A stretch of 63,944 nt of DNA, counting the filler, from Polymyxa betae A26-41 (Eukaryota; Protista; Endomyxa: Phytomyxea): assembly GCA_003693705.1 (NCBI GenBank). It is 4 parts of 4 records of this genome, joined end to end, with 100 filler letters (N's around TTAATTAATTAA, not from the genome) between each part and the next. Parts side by side here need not be neighbours in the genome. Positions count along the whole stretch, not along the records: positions 1 to 13,041 come from RBZT01000129.1; positions 13,142 to 38,066 come from RBZT01000766.1; 2 more parts are not named here. One strand, written 5' to 3'. The notes below the pieces were generated by a model. That model saw nothing but the letters and a program-made list of their open reading frames with translations, ran no database searches and had not been told where the DNA came from. Below are positions 12,110 to 24,718 of this stretch, piece by piece. The translations under genes and the position numbers were made by a program. Every line of letters starts with the position of its first letter. Positions within the stretch are counted from its first letter, which is position 1.

Positions 12110-13041
12110 TCAGCTGTTAATATGATTGCCTTGAATGCACTGTCGAACCCAATGAAATTTGACTCGAATGTGCTTGTTAGCGTCAGAAACGCCAACAGTC
12201 TCAGCAGTCCATTTCGCAGCTGCATTATCTTCAAGAACAGAACTCGGACCAGTCAGCTCGAACCCGATATCTTGCAGCAGAGTGCGTAGCCATACGACTT
12301 CACGTCCACATTCAAACAGGGCGATATACTCGGCATGACAGGTCGACGTCGCAATTAGGCTTTGCAGTTTCGATCGCCATGATACCGCCGTCCCGAACAG
12401 CGTGACGACCATTCCGCCCACGGACTTTGATGTGTCCGGATCGTTAGCGAAATCCGAGTCCGCCGCAGCACTTGGTTGGCTGTCGCCATCACCGTTCAAC
12501 AGCTGCGGGTCGAACTCATCCATCGTCTCCATCTTCTTGTACGCGAGCCCGACTTGATCTCGTCCAGCCAGGTACCGCAGCACGTGTATCGCCATATCCC
12601 AGTCCTTCAGAGCAGGCCGCGAAACGAATCGTGAAAGCAGGCTCACTGGAAACGCAATGTCGATCCGCGTACCAATTGCCAGATGACCGATCGATCCGAC
12701 CAGCTCACGGTATGGTAAGTCCACCGGCTTCTCATCTTTCGCCGCTCTCCGTAAATCCAACTTCACTGGCAGCGGAGTCGTCGGAGCGCTTCTTCGTCTC
12801 GGCACCATCTTGAGATACTCTCGGAACCGCGCAAGCACGTCACGCAGATATTGAGTCTGGTCCAGAGTATAGACCGAGTCCATCTGCATCAGGCGCATTC
12901 CTAACACCCAGCGAGCGAGTCCAAGATCCTTGGTCTTGAATCGAGTCACCAACATAGCCTTGACCTCGTTCACCATCTTGTCTTGCGTGCCGAACAGTAA
13001 GAAATCATCCACGAACACGCCCAAAACTACAATTTGCAGTC
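12110..13041 (-). mobile_element. Ty1/Copia reverse transcriptase-RNase H fragment, cut by an assembly gap
   Basis: GVFVDDFL, KDLG...LGM, YRELVGS, TRIDIAF, DSDFAND, SWRSKLQ, STCHAEY, EDNAAA, KHIRVKFH. Confidence 0.95.
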
Positions 13042-13242
13042 NNNNNNNNNNNNNNNNNNNNNNNNNNNNNNNNNNNNNNNNNNNNTTAATTAATTAANNN
13101 NNNNNNNNNNNNNNNNNNNNNNNNNNNNNNNNNNNNNNNNNCCGTAATATTGTCATCTTCTATCGAGCATCTTTTCCTGGAAACTGCGGTAACTTTCAAA
13201 ATTGTTGTAAATTTGGTCATAAATAAAACTTATACTCATTTG

Positions 13243-15729
13243 CAGGCCTCATAAAAATAGTGATTCTATAAATAGATGACTATTTTGACTATTTTCACCC
13301 TGAAAAATGACTATTTTACGGATTTTTTTGTTAGACAATTTTGAAAATAAATTCCCGATTTTATGAGTTTCGGACTGCGTAACTGCTGTCGCCAATACGG
13401 TTCCCGTCAATCCAGCATCATTTTTTGACCATTTTCCCGTCTGTTCTTGTCGCTTCTCTCTTGCCATGTCATCCGCTCCCGCTAGTAAGAAACAAAAAGT
13501 CTCCGGAACTGTCACGACCCCCTTCCAGCCCATGCGTCAGCTGCTGTTTGGTGTCAAGCCCTGCGATTATGGTCATGGAGGTGTTGTTCTGGGCGCTCGA
13601 TGCTCTTTTTGCACTGCTTTCGGTCGAGAGAAGAAGGCTTCTCAGTCCAGTTGGATTTTCAAATCACCTTTTCGTACTCAGAATTATCGAGCGCATCTTA
13701 CGTCGCAGCATCCCGAGAAATGGGCTCTGTGCCAGGCTCTGTCAGACGACGATAAGAAAGGATTCTTAGATGTTCCTGTCAAAGCAGCTGAGCTTATTCC
13801 TTTCTATTTGGATTCCCAATCTGAACACATTAACTTCACCATTGACAAAGACATTGTAGATGTCATTATCGGGCGAGTTCTCTGGTACCCCGATGATGTC
13901 GCCAACGATACTTCCCGTTCGAATGCGCTTTCCATCTTCAAGCTCAACGAAAGCAGCGACAAATACGAAGTGTGCGTTAAACAGGTGAAACAATATCAAC
14001 TGGCCACACGTTTCGTTGGACGTGGTCTTTCGTTCCGACAAGCCGCATTTGCAGTTCAGGACGCTAAGTTTGTGACCAACTGTGTTAAGCTTGGCAACTG
14101 CAATGACTTAATCGTTGCGAAGTACGTCCGAATTGTCTGTGCTGTCGCCTTCCAGAATATTTCGCGACTTCTGTCTGGTTCTTGGGCATTTGCGATTGCT
14201 GTCGATGGTTCGGATTGCCAATCTACCTCGTGCATCGATATACGCTGTACTCTAACGGCAAACTTCTGAATCACCACCTTATTGCATTTCCTTTCTCTGG
14301 AAGTCACACGGGTTCTGTAATGTTTAGCATGATTGAAACTGTTTTCGATGCTTTGTGTAACGACTGGAAGTCCAAGCTTATTGCATGCTCAACAGACGGA
14401 GCTGCGAACATGATTGGCCACATATCCGGACTTGTTACGCGGATTTCCAATGTCGCTCTGGATCCTTTCGTCCGGATTTGGTGTGCTCTGCATCAAATGG
14501 ACTAAGTAATGCAACGCGTTTTCCGTCGAGTCAACGATGGCCAGTTCTACACATCATTAACTGGTATAATTTCCTATCTTCGTCGGCAAAAATCCTTAAT
14601 TGACCGTGTCAAATCGACATGTCCCGCCTTATCTGGAACCCGATGGGTACCAATGTCTCGCGTATCATCGTACCTTCTGGAGTATCGAACTGAAATTTTA
14701 GAGCATTACGAATCGTTTAACGCCGAAAGATGCAAAAGCGAGCCGCCACTTACTTTTTGGATTTATTTAGCTGCAGTCAACGTGATTGCGACAGAGGTCA
14801 ATGACACTGTGCAGCGACTCCAAGGGAAACAGGCGCTGCTGTGCCAGCAGTCATTTGAGATTAACGAATGCATTAGTCGAATCCAAAAGCTAGCATTCTT
14901 TGAAAATGCGACTGAGGATGAACCCAGAGATGACACAATCGTTTGCCATGGATTGCGGTATTCGAAAGAGGATTTGAACGGATTTCTAACGGACCAAGGC
15001 ATGTTTGTTTTCCATTTGTTAAGAGAGACTCAAACAGAAGAGCGGGACGCGATCCTTGAGAGTGTTGCTGAAATGCTCAGCACACTCATTGCTGGGTTGC
15101 AGGAAGTCCGAGCTGAGCGAGACAAATTTAATGTCAGCTCTTTGAATGATTATCTCCCCACATTACCTTTGGAGTTCGTAGAAATGAAGCCCAGAGAATT
15201 GGTGGAGCTTGTTGAGCAGCAACACTCTCGGATTTCTGCCACCTGGAACAGCAAGAAAATCGAGAATATCTGCTCTCAGCATCGCGACCTGAAACTTCGG
15301 TTTAAAAAAACAACCTCCTTTCAAATCTGCCCTATCCCGTTCCAGTAATTTCTCAACAACTACTTTTGACGAGGCCTGGGGTTTGAAGGAATGTCTTCTG
15401 AGTAACCGGAGCTTTGTGCATTCGCTGGGGGTCTGGTTTCAGTTTTTCCAAATATGGCCTCAGTAGAATCGGACTTCTCTTCGTTAAAATGGGAGAAAAA
15501 CGATTTCCGTCACTCGCTTGACTGACTTCTCTTTGGAAGGCATCTTGCAATGCCGTCAGGTGCAGCTCCAGCTGTGATGTAATGGCATGGCTTTAGCTTT
15601 CTTTCCACATTTTAATACAAATGAGCCCATTTTAGAGACAATGACTATTTTTACTTATTTATTTGAGAAATAATGACTATTTTAGGGAAAAATATTCAAA
15701 TTAGTCATTTGACTATTTTTTGAGGCCTG
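13243..15729 (+). mobile_element. Full-length hAT DNA transposon with disrupted transposase
   Basis: TIRs CAGGCCTCA(T)AAAAATAGT / ACTATTTTTTGAGGCCTG; 8-bp TSD CTCATTTG at 13235-13242 and 15730-15737; subterminal TGACTATTTT repeats at both ends. Confidence 0.92.
13466..15557 (+). pseudogene. hAT transposase (frameshifts near 14250 and 15300, stop at ~14503)
   Basis: Cys/His N-terminal finger (CSFC...HLTSQH), AIAVDGS, STDGAANMIG, WCALHQ (CxxH), GTRW, C-terminal ASVESDFS-like dimerisation motif. Confidence 0.85.
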
Positions 15730-16270
15730 CTCATTTGTGCTGGTAGAATAAATAATGAGTTCTACTACATTATCGTCGTCCCTCTATTGACAATTAATCT
15801 GAAAATCAAGGACTCGTCTGGACGCCACGGTATATCATCGTGATAGATTTAGAATACCTAGCGAAATCCGTTCGGAAATAAGAGTTCCATGCACAATATT
15901 TTCATGTTCGGAAAAAAGTGTCTCGTTTATCATTCCTTTAGTGCTATTTAGAGCTACTTTTGCCTGCTGAAGACGAAGTACTCCACTGTCACATGGTAAG
16001 GTATCAGGAAGAATTCCTTGGCGTCTAAGACTTTCCTTTCCGATGTGACTCATGTGAGGGAGTAAACCTTTCCGAAAACTATGTCAAAACCTGGCCAGTT
16101 ACACGATTTTGAATGCAAAGTTTGGTCGGAGCAACCACCTGCTGATCGTCACAGTCAAAGTGGGTGCAAAGTTTTGGAGGCACCCAAAAGAGGGTTCAAA
16201 ACTTTGAACCTGATTTTGAACGCTCAATGAAATTTACGTTTTCCACTATACCATTGATTGCTTCTGAATT

Positions 16271-17047
16271 ATGGATGCATGCGGTGAATATATATCTCTC
16301 TCCAGCTCTGATGGCTCTGAATCCATCGGCTCGACTGTGATTCCAGCCACTCCAGAGCCAATGCTTAAGAACATGAAGATTGGACGTGATAAAATCACGT
16401 CCGAGAAGCTCAGCGTTTTGATGGCATCCCATCGGCAGCACTATAGCGTTTGGTCCAATGGTAGGAAGAAGGCTGGTAAACAGGTGACGCCGAAAGAGAT
16501 CTGGCCAAAGGTTGTCTAGTCGAATTTACTAGCATATCGTGTATTGATAACGCAACAGATATACAACGAGTATAAAAAAGAATTTCCAGACTGTACGATA
16601 TCAGAAGAACAGCTGAAATTCCACATTCGGAATGAGAAGAAAGAGCTGCAAACAGGAGACTCTGATGACAAGTCTGATAAAATCGTTCTTCAGCCATCTG
16701 ATCTCTTGGAAAAAATCAAGCAGACAGATGGTCATGCAAAGTGAAATATTATCGCTAAACAAGAAAACTTCGTTCTTAGCATTCCTTCCGACGCCAGCGC
16801 GGATAAGAAAACAGTCAAGAAACATGCCGGGCATCGAACCAAAGCTCAAATGTTAGATGAGCAAGCGACATCGATCGCCGCACTCAGCAACAATTTTGAG
16901 AAAATACGGGAGAGTCAGGAGCATCTGCTCAAAGCCCGTGCAGATCTCGCACGAGTAGATAAGCTAAAAGAGACACTGAGTTTGGGGCTCATCGACCAAG
17001 ACGAGTTCAATTTACGAGCGAAACGTTTGCTTTTAAATGACCTTTAA
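16271..17047 (+). pseudogene. Accessory (Myb/SANT-like) ORF of the PHIS element, spliced and/or disrupted
   Basis: Position opposite the transposase; IWPK..IYNEYKKEFP...SEEQLK motif resembles Harbinger accessory DNA-binding proteins; coiled-coil C-terminus. Confidence 0.5.
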
Positions 17048-17132
17048 TTTCTTTAATACAGTTTTGATTGTTTGTTTGTATAAAAAACAGTAACTGTGCA
17101 ACAATCCTCAGAAGGAGTGAGTTTTCTATCTA

Positions 17133-18244
17133 TTATCGTCCATCCCAGCCTCGATTGTCGTCCTGTTCTCTACAAGCCAACATGTCTAAACGGCGACGCT
17201 GTAGAAAATTGGTCAGGATTGCACAGGCGCGAAAGAGTTCAGGGAATTTCCCACGAGTGGCCTCAAACTTCTTCATGAGCTTCCTCCATTTTCTTTTCAT
17301 TCCGCCAATTCCACATTCTACTTTAACCCTGTATCCTCCATGCACAACATTAAAAGCGTCAATTGCATCCAAATCACCTTCCCTTCGAACATCGCGCTGT
17401 CGCTGCCCAATGCGATGCATAATAAACATTTCCTCTCCTACATATCCGGGATCACCAAGCACGTATTCGAAGTATTTGTCTTCGTGGGTGAAATATTGTC
17501 TCGATAGAGATCTGAATGACGTAGGATGTTTACGTCGTGATAGGATCCAGGATAGCCTCCATCAATGTAAATACACAACCCATCGTGATCCACCACAACG
17601 GTATTGTTTAAGGTATACATTGATTTTCTGTCGTTGTACCAAGTTTGATGCCTATCGAAGCAATCAGACCCCATCGGTCTTCGTATCTCAACAAGGGTTC
17701 CATCGATAAACCCAATACAGCCCTCAAATTCGGCTATCGCTGCTAAACGACGCCTTTCGTCTGGAGATGGCCACCGTAATTCATTTGCAGCAGCGACATT
17801 AATGCAAGAAGCGATAAAGAGGGCATCATCGCAAGCAGAAGATTTAACCCAATTCCAGTTGGAAGCGCCAAATATAACCGTGTTGTCGTGCTTCATATAC
17901 ATAATAAAGTGCAGCAATCTCTGTTCTGGCGTCAGTTTTGGCGGTCGTCCTCCGATTCCCCTTGCGTGGCCGGTTGATCTTGCTGTCATTGTAATCAAAG
18001 GACACACAATTTCGCATAACTCTTGGAATTCGTCGCCAGTGAAGTTGCTAATCACTTTGAATAAGGAAGGAGACTTTTGCAGAATGCTTAATTGATCTCT
18101 AACGCCTTCCTCGTGATCTACATATGTTTGATCTTCCATCTCATCGTCATCAAAAAGGAAGCGGAATTTGCAGCAGTACAAACGACTGCAATTGCAGCCA
18201 TCTGCTGTTGAATCAGATCCATCAAAAGCTCCTCATCTTCCATG
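17133..18244 (-). pseudogene. Harbinger-type DDE transposase (DDE_Tnp_4-like), frameshifted
   Basis: CIGFIDGTLVEIRRP, YPGSYHDVNI, LGDPGY, FNVVHGGYRVKVECGIGGMKRKWR, CAILTNF. Confidence 0.9.
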
Positions 18245-18415
18245 CTTAACCAGAGTTAGGAAGCCAAAATTCAAACTTTATAAAGATATTTCGAACGTTT
18301 ATATGATGTGACTGTCTGCTGCTCAAAACCTGGTCTAATTTACGGAAAGTGGCAAAAACAGGTCACAACTTAACTTTAACAAGCAAAACCAGGTTCAGTT
18401 TACGGAAAGGTTTAG

Positions 18416-21400
18416 TGTGACGCGAAGTTTTTATTTTTACTTTTAATTGTTTATTCTGCTACTGATATATGAGGTTTCCCCCTAACCTCTTTGCGGAGAC
18501 CGCAACCGCTTCTCCTTTCTAATAATACAGCTAGAGTTCTTTGTCTCTCTCTCAACACGTGTCTTGTAATTGGTCTTCCGACCCCCTGGTCGTCTTAGTG
18601 ATCACTCGGCTTCATACTAGGGTATTCCCGCCTACTGTCCTTGAGCCTGTGCTGGCTCTCTGATACGTCTACCTGTCTTACATCGTTATATGCAATTACG
18701 GTCCGGTAAAATAACCTTTCCAAATTCTATCAATTTGCCTTCTGATTCTGATTTTTCATTGTCTTTGTCGTGCTTAAGTTGTAATTCCCAACCCTCTCCG
18801 GTTTCAATTTCTGCTTTATTCGTAATGCCTAACGAGGCTGTTACTCCTCCAAATGTTTCAGCTGGTGAATCTGACTCTGATTTGTCTACACGGCTTGGTA
18901 CTAACACTCCTGGCCCTCTTGACAATCGAGAATCAATGAATTCAATTCAATCGGCTCTGTTCACGCTGATGCAGCAACAGCAACAGACCAATGCACTGAT
19001 GATGCAATTCTTGCAATCGTTCCTTGACGATAACAAATGTGGTAACTCTAACCCTGTTAAACTCGCTCATATCAATGATTCTGATTTCCCTAAGTTTCCT
19101 GAATCTATTTCTCCTGAGGAATCTTTTCAATATTTAGGTACTCAAAATGTTCAAGAGTTAACTGACACTGATCGCGTTATTGTTCGTGCTTTCAAATTTA
19201 TTTCATTTCGTAACCGTTTCGCTAAGCTTACGAATTTGGTCCCTGAGAGTGCTCGTTTGCAACATCTGTACTGCTGTCTTACTGGAGCGGCTCAAGACCG
19301 TGCCATAGTTGAGACTGTTTCGTCTTCTGATGAACTTCTCGAACGTTTAGGTAAATGGTATGCATCTTCTGCTGACCCTGGTGCTTTAGAGGACATTCTT
19401 CGTGACAAGTTGGAAACTGCCTTTCCATTTCAGAACGAGCCTCTATCTGATTATATCCTTCGATTCTCGCAGTACTTCCGATATGCACAAGAAGTTATTC
19501 CTGATTTCCTTATCTCTGAATCTACTTGCACTCGTTTATTCTTACACTCACTTCGCAATCGTTCTAGGCTCTTTGTTGCCATGGTTAATGCCAATGCAAG
19601 GAAGCTTACTGTTCTTGATACTATCTTCGATTTGGCTCGTGAATGTGAAAGCAATCTTAAAGCCATCGAGGCTGCTGAGAAAGCTTCTCGTAACTCAGCC
19701 TTTCCCCCTTCTAATCAATCCAGTTTTCGCCGCGACTATGTGTCTAATTCAAACAGCTCCACCAAACCTGGTTCTAATTCTCGTTCGTTTCCAAATTCAA
19801 ATTCACGATTTAATTCTTTTAATCGCACTTCTAATTCCTCTTCAGAATCGAAGCCTAATGTTAATCGTATCTCATCATCGACAGATCCCGGTGAATCGGC
19901 TTCTAAAATTGAGATTGAAAGTTCCCATGCCTATGCTGAAGATTTACCTGTTGAAAATCGCTCTATTTCTCGGATGTCCTTTTCTACTGAGCTTGAATCC
20001 CAGCTGTCTTGTGCTATTGCTGTCTCGCCGCCTGACACGCCGTCCGTAGTGCCTATCCTTTTCCTGAATCTGGACCTGAGATGACAACATCTCGCTCTTT
20101 AAGAAAAGCCCTACTGTCGGTTGGTAACCTTTCCTCTACGGTTCCTGTCTCAGTTGACGATGGGGCTGATTTCTCAATAATGGATTTTAACCATCTTGGA
20201 AATTTTGAACCTTTTGCAATTTCTCAAATTCCTTTAGAGTTTCGTGTTGCTAATGATGATTTAGCTACTTGTTCACGATTTGCTTTATTTGATGTTACGC
20301 TTCCTACTGAAGCTGGGAATGTTACTGTTCGTCGTCACCAAATTTATATTGCTGACATTACCATGTCTGAAGTTTTGCTTGGACGTCCGTTCTTGCATCG
20401 TCTAGGCATTGATGTTGAATCTCAAATTTGTCTTTTAGCTGGCAAAGCTTCTGATTTTAATGTTATTTCTAATTCTGGAAACTTTGTTGATCATGTTTCT
20501 GAAAATGCTCCTTCTCTAAGCTCTAATGCCTTAGATGATATCTGTACTGCTTTGGAAGAACGTGTTCAAGAATACATTCGCTGCAACGCCCCTGAATCTT
20601 TTATTTCTGATCTTCGCTCTTTATTGTTGGAATTTATTGATATATTTCGTATTTCTCTATGTTCTGATCCTCCTGTCAAAGTTACTCCTTTGATTTTAAA
20701 ACAATTACCTGGTGCTGTTCCTATTTTAGCCAATCCTCGTATCATGTCTTCTGTTGCTAGGACCTATATGCGTTGCTGGGTGTCTGAACTCGAAAAGTGT
20801 GGTCTAATCTTCTTCAATCGTAATCCTTCTTGGGCTCTTCCCGGCTTCGTTGTCGACCCGTTCAAGAAGCCTCGGATGGTGATCGACATGGTCCCTGCTA
20901 ACAAGACTATGGTAAAATTCTACTTCCCTATGCCACATTTACACACATTGGCTGTCATTTAAAAGATTCTTCTGTTTATTTTACTCTTGATTGCTTTAAG
21001 GGTTATTGGCAATTTCCAGTTACTGGCGATCTTGATTGTCAAAGTTTCGTAACTCCTTTTGGCGTTTATACTCCCACTAGAATTTGCCAAGGCAATTGCA
21101 ATGGCGTTTTTGCTTTTCAACGTGGCATGCATGAAATTTTTGGAGATTTGATTCCTAACCAATTATTAGTTTGGCTTGATGATTTGCTAGGATTTTCTGA
21201 TTCTCCTGACAAGTTGCTGTCTTTATTGAAAAAGGTTTTTTTCTTTGCCGTGATTTTAATTTAAAATTGAGTGCTTCCAAATGTTGTTTTTTCATGACTG
21301 AAGCCCTCTGGTGCGGCAATATCTATTCGTCGAAGGGAATCTCTCCTGATCCCAAGCATATTCAAGCTCCTGATCGACCTGCTGCTGTTACCCTGTTTAT

Positions 21401-22759
21401 GGGTCTACCTCCTTCCTCTCCGCTTGATGCCGTCTACAATCCTCGAACGAAAACTGTTGTTCCTGTACCGTTGACGCCTCTTCAATTATAAGAGCTTGTA
21501 TCATACTTGCAAGCATCGTTTCTTCAATGGCATAAAGATGTTGATGAATCTCGGTCGTCGCGACGTACTGCTGCTAATCGACGTCGTAAGGCAGTCCTGC
21601 CCAACTTTTCTATCGGTGACTATATTTTGGTTTCGAATGCATTGAAAGTTAATCAAAATAAGTTACAAGTTCGTTGGTCTGGACCTTTTCAAATCGTTTC
21701 CGTCAAATCTGATTATGTTTTCACTGTTCGAGATTTATTGTCTGAGAGACTTTTTGATTGTCATTGTTCTCGTCTTCGTCTTTATTCTGATTTTCAATTA
21801 AATGTTACTGAGGAGATTTTAAAACAATTTGCTCATGATGATTATGGCTTTGAGATTGATGATATTTTAAATGTTCGTTTTAATTCTCAAATTAATGATT
21901 GGGAAATTTTAATCTCGTGGTCTGGCTTTGAAAAAGCAGAGAATACCTGCGAGCCGCTTTTGCAACTTCTGAAGGACTGTCCCGTCTTCATCAAACGCCG
22001 TTTCCGGCATGCAGAATTCTGTCCCCCTGAGTTACTCTCTCTGCTCGACGTCTAACCTCATCGATTGTGTCCTGTCCGACACTGGATCAAGACTTTAAAC
22101 TGCCTCCTCCCCCTCACCTCTATCTCCGCCTCACCATTGTCTCCATCTCACCTTTATCTCCGCCTCACCATTGTCTCCGTCTCACCTCTATCTCCATCTC
22201 ACCTGTATCCCCGTCTCACCTCTATCTCCGTCTCACCTCCTTTTTCGTCTCACCGCAAAAAAAGGAAAAATAACATAACAAAATAACAAAAATAACAAAA
22301 AAAATATTACTACAACAAAAATATATATCAAAACCACTGTCATCATTATTCATTCCTTCTCCCTTCCACCTCTCCTTACCTTTTTTATTTACATCTTACT
22401 ATTCTTTCTCTCCTGTTCTGTTCCTGAAGTGTTCTTTCCTGTTCGTGATGCTTGTGCTCATGCTGACCCAACTTGGCGACCCTGGATCTATGCCATCTTC
22501 AGATTCCTTCCTGCTCCTGTTCTAACTCGGTCTCGCTCAAATGAAGAGGGCGATGTGACGTGAAGTTTTTATTTTTACTTTTAATTGTTTACTCTGCTAC
22601 TGATATATGAGGTTTCCCCCTAACCTCTTTGCGGACACCGCAACCGCTTCTCCTTTCTAATAATACAACTAGAGTTCTTTGTCTCTCTCTCAACACGGGT
22701 CTATTTCGTCTCTCTTTCATCTTTCTTTGTAATTGGTCTTCCGACCCCTGGTCGTCTTA
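18416..22759 (+). mobile_element. Gypsy LTR retrotransposon with chromodomain, internally deleted; 5' LTR 18416-18682, truncated 3' LTR 22554-22759
   Basis: Near-identical LTRs starting TGTGACG; PPT AATGAAGAGGGCGA; 5-bp TSD GGGAG (16058-16062, displaced by the PHIS insertion, and 22760-22764). Gag 18690-20084, protease VDDGAD, RT KKPRMVIDM/VWLDDLL, integrase tail WSGPF and chromodomain ILISWSGF..ENTCEP. RNase H and integrase core are missing. Confidence 0.93.
22105..22240 (+). repeat. Pyrimidine-rich degenerate minisatellite (~17-nt TCACCTCTATCTCCG(C/T)C units) in the Gypsy 3' UTR
   Basis: Direct tandem iteration visible in the sequence. Confidence 0.75.
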
Positions 22760-22782
22760 GGGAGCTTATAATTGTTCCCACC

Positions 22783-23032
22783 TGTATCGTTTCTCTCCTA
22801 CGTCAACAAAGGCTTTACAATTGAAAGCACAATGAATTATGATTTAGTAGAATTAGANNNNNNNNNNNNNNNNNNNNNNNNNNNNNNNNNNNNNNNNNNN
22901 NNNNNNNNNNNNNNNNNNNNNNNNNNNNNNNNNNNNNNNNNNNNNNNNNNNNNNNNNNNNNNNNNNNAATCATTAGCATCGATTGACTCAGTTGTTCTAT
23001 TTGTCTTGAATGTGAGACAGCCTCACTACACA
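22783..23032. mobile_element. Second LTR element (solo LTR or collapsed element; contains an N gap)
   Basis: TG...CA termini with a 4-bp TSD CACC (22779-22782, 23033-23036) interrupting the mariner frame. Confidence 0.7.
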
Positions 23033-23775
23033 CACCTTTGACTTTCATTACTTCTACCATACATTGTTGCAAAGTCAAAAAGGTATCGCTCAATTACCCT
23101 TCCAGTAGAAGGCTACAGTTACAGCATCGATCGGTTCATCGATAGTTTTCGGTGCTTTTGGATGCTGCAATGATTGAATGGCGCGAAAGAAACCTAGATC
23201 GAGCACAGTCATGTCGGGGCTGTTTGATGGCTAAAAGGTCAGCTTGATATCGAGCCCGTCCTTTGTCGCCTCATTGTTAAACTCCTCATCAGAAGGACTG
23301 GTATGAGGCTTTGCGTTATCTTGCTGAATCAGGATCTTTTTTGTGGCATGCTGTGGCCACTTCAATCGAATGGCTGGTATGACTTGCTCGATTAGACATT
23401 TTCGTATTACGTTCATCGCGACCGACTCGATTGGCTTAATTACCATGGTTCCTGCAATACGGTTCTTAGTGGATCGCTTAGCAGGCTCTTGGTGTGTCAA
23501 GGAAATATTCCCAGTTTGCCAGAAAACCACTGGTCTTTTGATCGATCCCATCTTGGTCTGGCGACAGCTGCCAGGAAAATTACTTTTGTTATGAATCGCT
23601 TGATCTTGCAAGCTCGCTGTGGCTCATTCCCGTCCGAAGTCATGTATAGACGCTTGCTCGTTTGTCATATAAAACCACTTCTCATCGATTTGAATGACAT
23701 CCATCATGTCTTTGAAACAGGTGCAAGCGTTGAAGATGAATTAAACATTGAAATACAGAAACTTAACCTTGCGAC

Positions 23776-24718
23776 TGTAGCAATCGCCTCGATTCTACGA
23801 TCAGATCCACGATAATGAAGGTAAAATCAACAATGAATCTGTATTCCTATCGAAAATGTCCAGGACCCAAATGTCGTCACGGAGTCCGCCGGAGTCCGCG
23901 ACGCTGATCTTAGGGCAGTGACTGCATAGCTGGAAATCTTGCAGTATTTCTTGTATGCTCTTGTGTTTTCAGCGAGTTGCTACACGACCTTGTCTTCAGT
24001 GAGAAAATGCTTGAGGGCATTATAATGAGGCTTGAGAATTCCTTCTTTGATTCTGGAGTGTGCAGTTGATACCGAAGTCCGAACGATTCAACGCAGTTGC
24101 TGAGAGAATATTCGTTCGCTGATATAGAGGAATTTGCCTTACTTGTTCGGGAGTAATGACCGCTTTTTTCTTCCGACTGTAGCAATTCTACGAATTCAAT
24201 TTTCAAGATCGAGGCAAAATTCAGACTGTATTCCATAGGGCTCCGATCGGGTCGGGTTCGGGTAGTACCCGAATCGGTTTCAACACTCTATTGAGTCTAT
24301 TCTGTAATGGACAAGATCTCATTATTGAACGTTTTTTTAAACATCAACGCAATCAATCGTTGGGGCCAAGTTGAAGTCAATTTACATAAGTCCGATATAC
24401 GATGCTGAAAACACGCTCAACAGAAACTGGAGACCACGGAATAGAAACCATATTCGAATGACAATGAGGAGTGCCACAGTCAATACGGACTTCTGAAAAC
24501 GTTTATACAGTTTTCGGGTTTTCGGGTCGGGTACAGCCCCTCAACCCGAACCCGAACCGGATCGGAGCCCTAATTCCAGCTCCCAGATCCAGACCGGTTA
24601 TTAAGTCACGGAGTCCATTTTAGTCCGTGGCGGAGTTCGTCCTGAGTATAGGGCCGCTTATATAAATATGAAATAAAGCTAAGAGTCGTTTTCTGGAAAT
24701 ATTCTACAAATATTGACA
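23776..24718 (-). mobile_element. Probable 3' LTR of a minus-strand LTR element, carrying a MITE
   Basis: Minus-strand PPT AAGAGGGCAGTG abuts TGTCAATA at 24718; plus-strand TG at 23776 coincides with loss of mariner similarity. Confidence 0.45.
24236..24572. mobile_element. MITE (hAT-like TAGGG termini), 337 bp
   Basis: ~28-bp TIRs TAGGGCTCCGATCGGGTCGGGTTCGGGT / ACCCGAACCCGAACCGGATCGGAGCCCTA; flanking direct repeat ATTCCA; subterminal TCGGGT repeats. Confidence 0.85.

Larger units (their letters stand above)
16064..18413. mobile_element. PIF/Harbinger-superfamily (PHIS, Pangu-like) DNA transposon with two convergent ORFs
   Basis: 17-bp TIRs AAACCTTTCCGAAAACT / AGTTTACGGAAAGGTTT (1 mismatch); 3-bp TSD AGT at 16061-16063 and 18414-18416. 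Confidence 0.88.
15900..23775 (-). mobile_element. Tc1/mariner (plant/oomycete DD39D-type) transposase remnant in three pieces (23775-23033, 22782-22760, 16062-15900), split by nested insertions
   Basis: IDEKWFYMT, IRLKWP, IQQDNAKPH, NSPDMTVLDLGFF. Rejoining the pieces gives FLTLQQCMVEVMKVKG-GNNYKL-PHMSHIGKESLRRQGILP. Confidence 0.85.

Noticed and set aside
13086-13098. TTAATTAATTAA inside N runs (also near 38111 and 61697)
   Set aside because: Identical six-frame-stop linker centred in the gaps; an assembly spacer, not biology. Adjacency across these gaps is therefore uncertain.
22065-22286. CRISPR-like array or repeat-protein ORFs
   Set aside because: Degenerate minisatellite without unique spacers, inside a retrotransposon UTR of a eukaryote.
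22761-22786. Apparent Tc1-like TIR (CAGGTGGGAAC..TA)
   Set aside because: It is the stranded GGNNYKL coding piece of the mariner ORF plus the start of an LTR.
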